From: Kiritimatiellota bacterium
GTDB lineage: Bacteria; Verrucomicrobiota; Lentisphaeria; Oligosphaerales; JAADHN01
Length of the DNA stretch: 64,000 nucleotides
Direction: 5' to 3'
Assembly (NCBI GenBank): GCA_013151865.1
Contig: JAADHN010000077.1
Location: forward strand, 392-64,391
This document shows positions 18,355 to 26,502 of this stretch, one piece after another (position 1 is the first letter of the stretch; each line of letters begins with the position of its first letter). Both the position numbers and the translations under genes were made by a program. The notes beneath the pieces are model-generated. The model did not search any database. It saw only the letters and a list, made by a program, of their open reading frames with translations, and was not told the origin of the DNA.

Positions 18355-19611
18355 TCACTTCTTCGCAGTGTCCCCGTTGTCCTGCTCCAGGAGTTTGCGC
18401 AGGCGGTCGCTGACCTCCGGAGCGGGGCTTGCCGCGCCCGAGGCCCCCTTCGACGGCGGGGGTGCGGCCGGTTTGCGTGCCGCCGGCGCCGAGGAATCAC
18501 CGGTCAACGCTTCCAACCGTTGCGTGTCCGGCTCGATGTTCGCGACGGGGGCAACAGCTCCTCCGGCATCGGTTTGTTCCTCCGGTTCTGCCGGCCGGGC
18601 GGCGTCGCTCTTTTCCCGACTCAGAGCCGTAAGCAGGCGTTCGCGGGCTTCCTCGGCGGTTTCCGCGGGGCCCTCGCGGCCCTGCAGATACGCCGCAACT
18701 CGACCGCCGGATTGGACGCCGGCGGTATCCAGGCTGGCTTCCTTGGCCTTGCGCACCACCTCGAGGAAAAAATCCTCCAAATTCATGGTTGGCTGATCGA
18801 TCTCGAGTTCTCCGGCATCCGAGACATGGGCCCGCAGCACGTCGAGCACTTTCTGGAGCACATCGCCCTCGAGTCGGGGCATGGTAATCCGCGTCCGATC
18901 CTCGACTGCCAGGATCTCCTTGAGCCCGCCACGCGCGCGAATCCGACCTCCGTACAAGATGACGACCTCGTCGCATACGTCCTCGACATCGGCCAGCAAG
19001 TGGCTGGAAAGGATTACGGTCTTTCCCCGGGCGGCAAGGGTCCGGATGACGTCTTTGACCTCCCGGCAACCAATGGGGTCGAGACCCGAAGTCGGCTCAT
19101 CGAGGATCACCAAATCCGGATCATTGATCAAAGCCTGAGCCAAACCGATCCGGCGTGCCATTCCCTTGGAAAACTCTCCGACAGCCCGGTTGCGGGACCG
19201 GGCGAGCCCGACCATATCCAGGAGCTGGTCGCAGCGCCGACGACGCTCTCCCGGCGGGATACGAAAGAGCGCGCCAAAAAAATCCAGGGTCTCCGCAGCG
19301 GTAAGATACCGATAGAGGTACGTCTCTTCCGGAAGATACCCGATGCGGCGTTTGGCCATCACGCTACGGGGAGATTGCCCCAAAACGCGGATACTACCGC
19401 GGGTCGGATAGAGCAAGCCGAGCAGGAGCTTGACCGTGGTAGACTTGCCCGACCCATTGGGGCCCAGCAGGCCGAACACCTGTCCCGGCCCGATGTCGAA
19501 ATCGATCCCGTTGACGGCACGCGCCTTGGGACGCCCCCAAAAATCCTTGAATACCTTGGTCAAGCCCCGCACTTGGACTGCGAGGTCATCCCGGTTCTGG
19601 ACCGCTGCCAT
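18355..19611 (-). CDS. ABC transporter ATP-binding protein (ABC-2/DrrA-NatA type) with ~130-aa low-complexity C-terminal tail
   Basis: It has Walker A GPNGSGKST, signature FSKGMARR and Walker B LVILDEPTSGLD. ATG at 19611 lies 8 nt after aaggag. The tail is rich in A/P/E. No permease gene is adjacent. Confidence 0.85.
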   Translation of the reverse strand: MAAVQNRDDLAVQVRGLTKVFKDFWGRPKARAVNGIDFDIGPGQVFGLLGPNGSGKSTTVKLLLGLLYPTRGSIRVLGQSPRSVMAKRRIGYLPEETYLYRYLTAAETLDFFGALFRIPPGERRRRCDQLLDMVGLARSRNRAVGEFSKGMARRIGLAQALINDPDLVILDEPTSGLDPIGCREVKDVIRTLAARGKTVILSSHLLADVEDVCDEVVILYGGRIRARGGLKEILAVEDRTRITMPRLEGDVLQKVLDVLRAHVSDAGELEIDQPTMNLEDFFLEVVRKAKEASLDTAGVQSGGRVAAYLQGREGPAETAEEARERLLTALSREKSDAARPAEPEEQTDAGGAVAPVANIEPDTQRLEALTGDSSAPAARKPAAPPPSKGASGAASPAPEVSDRLRKLLEQDNGDTAKK

Positions 19612-19788
19612 CAATCGGCTCCTTCAGAGCTGTTGCCAATTTTCTCAAAACGAACAGGGACACGGGCCAACGCGTCGCCGGCGCTGCATGGTTGTCTGCA
19701 CCGTTTTGCGGCACACCCGCCAAGCGCGCAAGAATCCGCCGCAGGAGGGCCCGGCCTGGAAGGGCGCCACGGCCGTCATCCCGCGAGG

Positions 19789-21834
19789 TCAGGCTGCGAA
19801 AGTCGCGGCCGCCGGAGACGACGACGCTTGCGCGGCCAGAGTGTCCGTCCGCGTTTTGTCGCTTTCCGGAGACGCTTCCTGGAGTTCTTCGCCCGAACGG
19901 ACGAGGCGGGCACTGTTGAAAACGATCAGCAACGTCCCGGCGCTGTGCAAAATAGCCGCCTTAATCGGCGTTACAACCCCAATCGTGGACAAGTAAAGAC
20001 CGCCGAAGACGAACGCCATGCCGAGGAGCAAGTTTTGCGTCATGACCGTCCGAGTGCGTCGAGACAGCCAAATCAGAAACGGGACGCGCCGCAAGTCATT
20101 GTTCATCAATGCGATCGAGGCACTCTGCACTGCGACGTCGCTGCCGATAGCGCCCATGGCAATCCCAATATCGCCGGCCGCCAAAGCCGGAGCGTCGTTC
20201 ACCCCGTCGCCGACCACGGCCACCGGTGTCCCGTCGGCCTTCAATTCATGCACAAACTCCACTTTTTCCTGGGGCAGGCATCCGGCTCTTACCGTGGTGA
20301 TCCCCAAACGTTCCGCAACCAGATCGGCCACGGATTGATTGTCGCCGGTGACCATGCAGCAGCGTCGGATCCCGTACTCTTTGAGCTTACGGATTGCCTC
20401 GGCTGCGACGGGGCGAATTGCGTCTCGCAGACCGATCCACCCCAGGACCCGGTCGTCGCTGGCCACGAACACGGTGCTCATGCCGGCCGTATTGCTGTCC
20501 TGAAGTGACTCGGCCAAATGCGCCGTATCGAGCCCGCACTCCTTGAGCCAGGATTCCCGGCCGACACGAAATCTTTTGCCGTCGAACGTGGCCACCACGC
20601 CGCGTCCGGGGACTTCCTCGTAGTCGGTCGGATCGTTCCATGTGATGCCGGCTTCCGCGGCCAGTTTTCGCATGGCCTGGGCCGCCGGGTGGTTGCTGTG
20701 ACTCTCTGCGGCCGTAGCTGTTTGCAGCAACTCGGCCAGCTCGACACCCTCGGCCGGATGCAGTCGAGCCACCTCGAGCACCCCTTCGGTCAGCGTACCG
20801 GTCTTGTCCAGGACCACCGCACGAATCTTCGAGGCCAACTCGATCTGGGCCACGTCTTTGATCAAGATGCCGAGACGGGCCGCGGCGGCCACCGCCGCAA
20901 TGACGGCAGAGGGGGTCGCGATCACCAGTGCGCACGGACAGGACATCACCAGCACGGCGATGACGCGATTGAGGTCCCGAGTAATGAACCAGACCATGGC
21001 GGCGATCATCAGGACTGTCGGCGTGTAATACCCGGCGTACTGGTCGATCATACGCATAATCGGCAGCCGCGATTTTTCGGCCTGTACAATCAAATCGCGC
21101 ACCTTGCCGAGGGTGGTATCCTCGCCGACACGCGTCACTCGCATCTCGATCAGGCCGGTCAAGTTCTGCGTGCCCGCATATACCTCGTCGCCGACGCCTT
21201 TGTCCGCCGGCAGCGATTCGCCGGTAATGGACGCTTGGTTCACGCTCGTGGCGCCGGACAAGACCTCACCGTCCGCCGGGAAATTCTCTCCCGGCCGAAT
21301 CCGACAGATGTCCCCCAGTTCGAGGGCCAGAACATCCACCTCTTCTTCCCGACCCTCTTCCGCAATCCGACGGGCACGACGGGGTGTCAGGCGAATCAGG
21401 GACTCGATCGAGGCCTCCGCCCCCTTGGCGGTCCGGGTCTCGATCGTAATGGTGAGGAGCATAAAGAACGCCACAGCCCCAGCCACCCGGTATTCACCCC
21501 GGGCAAGAGCGGCGAGCAAGGCCAGCGCCACCAATTCGTTCATATAAACCTTGCCCGCAAACAAGTCGCGCACCGAAGACCGGAAAATGGGAAACGCGAG
21601 AATCAGAGAACCGACTATGGCGCTCAGTTCAATGGCAAACGGGTCGAGGGAGCCGGAGAAAAAGGCGCGGCCCACGTAGGAATTGAGGACCAACACACCG
21701 CCGAGCAAAGCGATGGCGAGTCGGACCGCTTCACTGCCCTCGTGGCTGTGGCCGTGGTCATGCCCACAAGCCGAACAACTCTCGCCGGCGTGATCGTGGT
21801 CGACGATCTGGTTGCTGATGTCAGTCACGAGCAT
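19789..21834 (-). CDS. heavy-metal translocating P1B-type ATPase (Zn/Cd/Co-type)
   Basis: Motifs present are CPCALVIATP, DKTGTLT, SNHPAAQA and GDGVNDAPALA, with a His-rich N-terminus HDHAGESCSACGHDHGHSHEG. ATG at 21834 is preferred (aggag lies ~10 nt upstream). GTG at 21843 is the alternative. Confidence 0.9.
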   Translation of the reverse strand: MLVTDISNQIVDHDHAGESCSACGHDHGHSHEGSEAVRLAIALLGGVLVLNSYVGRAFFSGSLDPFAIELSAIVGSLILAFPIFRSSVRDLFAGKVYMNELVALALLAALARGEYRVAGAVAFFMLLTITIETRTAKGAEASIESLIRLTPRRARRIAEEGREEEVDVLALELGDICRIRPGENFPADGEVLSGATSVNQASITGESLPADKGVGDEVYAGTQNLTGLIEMRVTRVGEDTTLGKVRDLIVQAEKSRLPIMRMIDQYAGYYTPTVLMIAAMVWFITRDLNRVIAVLVMSCPCALVIATPSAVIAAVAAAARLGILIKDVAQIELASKIRAVVLDKTGTLTEGVLEVARLHPAEGVELAELLQTATAAESHSNHPAAQAMRKLAAEAGITWNDPTDYEEVPGRGVVATFDGKRFRVGRESWLKECGLDTAHLAESLQDSNTAGMSTVFVASDDRVLGWIGLRDAIRPVAAEAIRKLKEYGIRRCCMVTGDNQSVADLVAERLGITTVRAGCLPQEKVEFVHELKADGTPVAVVGDGVNDAPALAAGDIGIAMGAIGSDVAVQSASIALMNNDLRRVPFLIWLSRRTRTVMTQNLLLGMAFVFGGLYLSTIGVVTPIKAAILHSAGTLLIVFNSARLVRSGEELQEASPESDKTRTDTLAAQASSSPAAATFAA

Positions 21835-21877
21835 CGAGAACACTCTCCTGATTCGCCCCCGCCGGGACGGGCGGCGC

Positions 21878-23098
21878 TCAGTGGGTTTGTCCGGGGCCCG
21901 GTTCCGGGGATTGCCCCCCCCCCTGCGGTCCGCCGGGTTCCGGTCCGGTCAACTTTCGGGGTATGGGACCGATGAGGACTCGTATTTCCTGACTGCCCTC
22001 GGTCTTCGAGTGAACGATGAACTTGTCGCCCACATTCGCCAGGACATTCTGCAGGACTTCCGTATAGAGGGCCAGGAGTACCTCCGGCGTCTTGCGGTAT
22101 TCGTTCAGGATCTTCTCGAAATACTTGGCGTCGGCTTGAGCCGACTTCACGATCCGGTCGCGGTACTGGTAGGCTTCGGCAATAATCGTCGAAGCCCGAC
22201 CTGCGGCCAAAGTGACGGTCTGCTCGGCCCGCGCCTTTCCGGTGTCCACGGCAGTCCGGTATTCCTGGGCGGCGTTCACGACTTCATTGAATGCTTTCCG
22301 AACGGCCGAGGGCGGCTGTCCCTGGATGAGACTCACCTGCTGCACCTCGATGCCCAGTTGCAGTTCGCGCACTTTCTGCTCCAACCGTCGCTGAACCGCC
22401 ATCGTCAGACTCTCCCGTCCCATCGTCGTGGACGCGCCGGGAAGCTGCCCCCGGGACAGAACCAGGACGTCCTCGACAGGCCAGCCGGCGACCTCGTGAA
22501 GCACAGACTGATCCAGCAGGTTCTCGATCAGGACCTTCACCCCACGGGCCACCTGACGCCGCCGGATGTTGTCCAGTTCGGGACGGTCCGGGTCCTGATA
22601 AAAGAGCAGGTAGTATCTCTTGGCGTCGGTGACCCGGTAGGTCACCGCCCATACCATATGCATAATGTTCGCATCCCCGGTAACCACATAACCATCGATG
22701 CCGGGGATCAAACTTGAAGGAGGCGGCGCCTGCGGATTGAGCAGGGCGGGATTGCGCTGCGGCCAGAACTGTTTGGTCACCACAGTCACGGAGCGCTGCG
22801 CCTGAATGCGCTCGACCCGGTCGACAGGATACGGGAACCCCCAATACCAACCGCTGGGCAAGACTTCGCGGTCGCCTTTGGGGATTAGTTTTCCGAATCG
22901 GAACAACATGCCCTGCTCGTCCTCTTTGATCGAGAACATGCCGCCGAAGACGAACAAGACGAGCATCAGGATGATCAGAATTCGAAGTGCAACGAACAAC
23001 ACGCCCAACGTCCGAACCAGGGACTGCATACCCCGGTCTTTCGTCGCACTCTCATCTCCACGAGGGGCGCCGCCATTGAGGTGGGGGGTCGGGTTCAT
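21878..23098 (-). CDS. hflK: SPFH/band-7 protein, HflK-like
   Basis: It has an N-terminal TM (LGVLFVALRILIILMLVLFVFGG) and an SPFH core. The C-terminal helix AEAYQYRDRIVKSAQADAKYFEKILNEYRKTPEVL is HflK-like. Its ATG overlaps the upstream stop (ATGA). Confidence 0.7.
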   Translation of the reverse strand: MNPTPHLNGGAPRGDESATKDRGMQSLVRTLGVLFVALRILIILMLVLFVFGGMFSIKEDEQGMLFRFGKLIPKGDREVLPSGWYWGFPYPVDRVERIQAQRSVTVVTKQFWPQRNPALLNPQAPPPSSLIPGIDGYVVTGDANIMHMVWAVTYRVTDAKRYYLLFYQDPDRPELDNIRRRQVARGVKVLIENLLDQSVLHEVAGWPVEDVLVLSRGQLPGASTTMGRESLTMAVQRRLEQKVRELQLGIEVQQVSLIQGQPPSAVRKAFNEVVNAAQEYRTAVDTGKARAEQTVTLAAGRASTIIAEAYQYRDRIVKSAQADAKYFEKILNEYRKTPEVLLALYTEVLQNVLANVGDKFIVHSKTEGSQEIRVLIGPIPRKLTGPEPGGPQGGGQSPEPGPGQTH

Positions 23099-24114
23099 TT
23101 ACCGGCGTCTCCGGGCGTCTGAGCGGTCGGAAGCGATTGGGTCGGCACCGCCTTCAGCGGTCCCAGATCGAGCGCGTTTTCTTTCAGTAGATCGAACGGC
23201 GGGGTGTTGGTGTCCAGAATGAGGGTCGTGGTCTTGGACAGCGTCTTGCGCAAAGAATCGAGTTTCCTGAGGAACTCCGCCAAGTCCGGGGCTTGCTGGA
23301 ATACGGCGTAGGACTCCGCGGCAATCCGGTCGCCCTCGGCCCGAATCGCTTTGGCCTGGGACGCCGCCTCTGCAATGATCTCGCTGGCTTTCAGGTCCGC
23401 GTCCGCCCGGATCCTCTGGGCGTCCCGCTTGCCTTCCGCCCGATACTTCTCAGACTTGCGATTGCGCTCGGCACGCATCCGGTCGAAAACCTTGGCCGTC
23501 ACCGTTTCCGGGAACCCGAACAGTTTGAACCCGATGTACTGCACATCGATCCCGTACTTCTGCCTGGCCACGGTCTTGACGCCGTCCAGAATTTCCTGCT
23601 CGATTTCCGGGATGCGGATGCGAGTAGGATCGCTGTTGATGAACTCGGTCAGCTTGTGCCGACCGATCGTGATGTTCCGACTGTTGCGGACCACTTCATC
23701 CAGTTTGCTTTCGGCGCCCTCGGTCGTCCGGACCGCGACCATGAATTGCCTCGGGTCGCCCACCTTCCACAACACGAACGTGGTTACCACCACTTGATAG
23801 TCGTCCGCGGTCTGGTTCTGCTCGACCTGACCTTTGGTCAATTCATAGCACTGCAGACGGTTGTCATGCCGCCAAACACGATCGACGGGGTACGGCCACT
23901 TGAGGTGGAGCCCCGGCCCATAAACTTTGGGCTGCCTTCTGCCGTCGACCAGTTCGGTTTTGGGGCGTCCGAAAGTCATAACCAAGGCATACTCCGTCTG
24001 ATCGACCTGGAACGTAACCAAAGCCGCCAGAAAGATGGATGCCACCAAAACACCCAGAACAAATGTGGGCCAGTGCTGTTTGAACGCGTGTTGCGCCATT
24101 CGGAATTCCTCCAT
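23095..24114 (-). CDS. hflC: SPFH/band-7 protein, HflC-like
   Basis: The TM is WPTFVLGVLVASIFLAALV. YALVMTFGRPK..GLHLKWPYPVDRV and RMRAERNRKSEKYRAEGKRDAQRIRADADL..AEGDRIAAESYA resemble HflC. Confidence 0.7.
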   Translation of the reverse strand: MEEFRMAQHAFKQHWPTFVLGVLVASIFLAALVTFQVDQTEYALVMTFGRPKTELVDGRRQPKVYGPGLHLKWPYPVDRVWRHDNRLQCYELTKGQVEQNQTADDYQVVVTTFVLWKVGDPRQFMVAVRTTEGAESKLDEVVRNSRNITIGRHKLTEFINSDPTRIRIPEIEQEILDGVKTVARQKYGIDVQYIGFKLFGFPETVTAKVFDRMRAERNRKSEKYRAEGKRDAQRIRADADLKASEIIAEAASQAKAIRAEGDRIAAESYAVFQQAPDLAEFLRKLDSLRKTLSKTTTLILDTNTPPFDLLKENALDLGPLKAVPTQSLPTAQTPGDAGK

Positions 24115-24128
24115 CAGGGGGGCACGAC

Positions 24129-26087
24129 TTATTCCGATTTCTCCTGCAGATTCAAGTCCAGGAGGTCGGGCCGCAGTTTTTCTTTCAGATCGATCGTCAA
24201 GACCTCGTGACCTTTTCCGGTCACGGTCACGTACTTGCGGGTGTGTCGCCCCTCGTTCTCGAGCATGTCAAGAAAAGTGCGCAAAACAAAGACACGGGGG
24301 GCAACTCGATAGGCGTGAAGTTGGTCGATGAACCGGGCTGCCTCGGCCTGAGGTACGCGGACGCGGTCTTCTTTGTAAGATTTCGCGGCGGACACCAAGG
24401 CCAGGGCCAGAGATTCGGCGCCGCGGACACTGCTGATCTGGTACCGCTCGACCTTCAATACGGTCTCGTGTTTGGTTTCCATGGCCGCCACGACCTCGTC
24501 GAACGCTTTCCCGACTCGCACCGGGGGATGCAAGCCCTGCAGACCGACAAAGTCGACCTCGATCCCGAGGCCGAACTTGTCGGCGGCAGTCTGAATACGT
24601 TTCTTCAGCTCGACACCGCCCGCAGCCCGGCCCTGGGTAAGGATTTCAAAGAAATCGACGTTGGCCAGATAGCGGACCACTTCTCTGGTGGCGATCTCTT
24701 CCAGGGTCTTCTTCGGATCTTTGTGTCGGTACGCATAGGCATACAGGTCGTTCACTCGGAAGTACAACGGGATACTGGCCGACATGAAATAGACCGCCAC
24801 AGGCAACGCGCCCCGCCCCTTGATGGCCCCTTCCAGTTGCCGGTCTTCGCCCTCCTCCGGTTTGGCCGCCACGATAAACAAGTTCTCTTTCTTGTTGTGT
24901 GTCTTGCTCCACACGATCACCCGCCCGGTCATGTCTCCGCGCAGCTCTTCCGCCTCCGGACTCTCTTCCTCCTGGGTCTTGTCGCCCTTGCGGCCCGGTG
25001 TGTATCCGATCGGTATCTGCTGCACGCGCTCGACCGGGAACTTGAAAATCCGTGCGAACGGCCAGGGAAGTTTCGCGTACAACCCCGGACCCAGCGGTTG
25101 GGCGCTGACCACCCTGCCGAGGCGTTCCCGGATTCCCTGTTCGTCCGGCTCCACCACCACCAGACAGGAGAGCAGCCACAAGAAGACCACCATGAGAATG
25201 GTCAATGGAATCACGGCACGCTCGAGAAACTGGAAAAACCAAGCCTCGGAAACCTGAAACCCAAACTGGTAGTCCAAAGAGGCCGCCACGTTCCGAGCAA
25301 TGCCGCCGGGCTCCGTAAAAAGGGCCAGAAACCGACTCTCGTACAGTGGACGCAGTTCCTCGTGCAGACTCCGCGGTCGGTAGAACTCCACGATGAACCC
25401 GATCACGGATTCGCCGCCCAGAAGCATGAGAACACCGAACCCCAAACGGGCAACGCGGATGTCCAGATGCTCGATCTGGATCTCCCAGTACCGGCCGATC
25501 AGCACCGCAGCGCCCAGTAAGAAAAACGCTCCGGTGAGGAAGAGCCATGCCCCGCACGGCCGCAACCATCGGCAGTGCCGCTCCCGCGACGCGCCGACAT
25601 AGTAACTGCCGGAAATCACACAGGCAAGGAACAGACCTATCGCCAAGGCCGCATACCGCAACGCCAGATAGGCTTTACCGGGTGGGCCGGCCTTGGACAA
25701 CGCACGCCACCCGAAGATGGCCGCAACCAGTATCCCCATCCCAAGCAGGACGGTGAAAACCGGTACAAAATACGTGATGTAGGCGCGATTGGCCCGGGCA
25801 GCGACTTGGAGGGCTTCATCCGATTCCTCAAACAGTTCCCCTCCGGCGTGACTCGCACGGTACTCGGCGACGTCCAATTCTTCCTCATACTGGCGCCGAG
25901 CCAGCCGGACCCGCCCCACAGCCACCAAAGCGGTGAGCATCATCACCGCGCTTGAAATCGCCGCAGGGACCAACGCCCAAGAGTGGGCAGCCCGAATCAA
26001 CAGCAGCGAAAGCACGAAAACCGCGGCCCCGATCACCACAGCCACCCACCCGAGCTTTTCCGGCCTGCTGTCCACGTGTTTCGCCAT
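24129..26087 (-). CDS. 652-aa protein: ~7-TM N-terminal domain fused to an HflK-like SPFH domain
   Basis: About seven hydrophobic segments lie in the first ~330 aa. They are followed by GIRERLGRVV..GLYAKLPWPFARI (the SPFH start) and an HflK-like C-terminal helix. ATG at 26087 follows gaggg. Confidence 0.7.
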   Translation of the reverse strand: MAKHVDSRPEKLGWVAVVIGAAVFVLSLLLIRAAHSWALVPAAISSAVMMLTALVAVGRVRLARRQYEEELDVAEYRASHAGGELFEESDEALQVAARANRAYITYFVPVFTVLLGMGILVAAIFGWRALSKAGPPGKAYLALRYAALAIGLFLACVISGSYYVGASRERHCRWLRPCGAWLFLTGAFFLLGAAVLIGRYWEIQIEHLDIRVARLGFGVLMLLGGESVIGFIVEFYRPRSLHEELRPLYESRFLALFTEPGGIARNVAASLDYQFGFQVSEAWFFQFLERAVIPLTILMVVFLWLLSCLVVVEPDEQGIRERLGRVVSAQPLGPGLYAKLPWPFARIFKFPVERVQQIPIGYTPGRKGDKTQEEESPEAEELRGDMTGRVIVWSKTHNKKENLFIVAAKPEEGEDRQLEGAIKGRGALPVAVYFMSASIPLYFRVNDLYAYAYRHKDPKKTLEEIATREVVRYLANVDFFEILTQGRAAGGVELKKRIQTAADKFGLGIEVDFVGLQGLHPPVRVGKAFDEVVAAMETKHETVLKVERYQISSVRGAESLALALVSAAKSYKEDRVRVPQAEAARFIDQLHAYRVAPRVFVLRTFLDMLENEGRHTRKYVTVTGKGHEVLTIDLKEKLRPDLLDLNLQEKSE

Positions 26088-26145
26088 TCAACCTAACCCT
26101 CTGTACACACGCCGGCCCGCAGATGTGCAGGTGTCGTGCCATAGC

Positions 26146-26168
26146 AACATATTAACTGTTAATATGTT
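26146..26168. promoter_or_regulatory. perfect 11-1-11 AT-rich inverted repeat (candidate operator)
   Basis: aacatattaac-t-gttaatatgtt lies 59-81 nt upstream of the ATG at 26087. It is strikingly AT-rich against GC-rich surroundings. Confidence 0.5.
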
Positions 26169-26177
26169 ATGAGTCCA
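26149..26177 (-). promoter_or_regulatory. candidate sigma70-type promoter of the SPFH/ATPase operon overlapping the palindrome
   Basis: On the minus strand, TGGACT (26177-26172), a 17-nt spacer, then TAATAT (26154-26149). By-eye match only. Confidence 0.3.
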
Positions 26178-26502
26178 GGATCCCCGCGTATTCCGTCATC
26201 GTCTCGGCCAAACCAGTGTCTTGCAACGACACAGCCGTCCGCTAACCGACCGGCCGCCTCAATTCGAAGTCCCCGGGCACCCGGGCGAATAGGCGAGCAT
26301 ATACTATATCCCGGCAGACCCCACCTGTCCAAGCCACCGACAAAGGGGTCCGCCACGCGCCGCCGGAGCCGGCAGCGCCGATTCCGCCGTTTTGCCTCCA
26401 TTAGTCACGCCGGCGGCAAAAATGTTCCACGTTCCGTTGCCGCACGCTTCCGATGGGGGGACCGGAGGGAGGGTGTGGAGCAAGCGATGGCAGGGGTTCT
26501 TT

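Noticed and set aside
26255-26285. A tRNA-like T-loop (aattcgaagtcc) in the 415-nt intergenic region
   Set aside because: The flanks do not form acceptor or T stems, and no anticodon or D-arm arrangement could be built.
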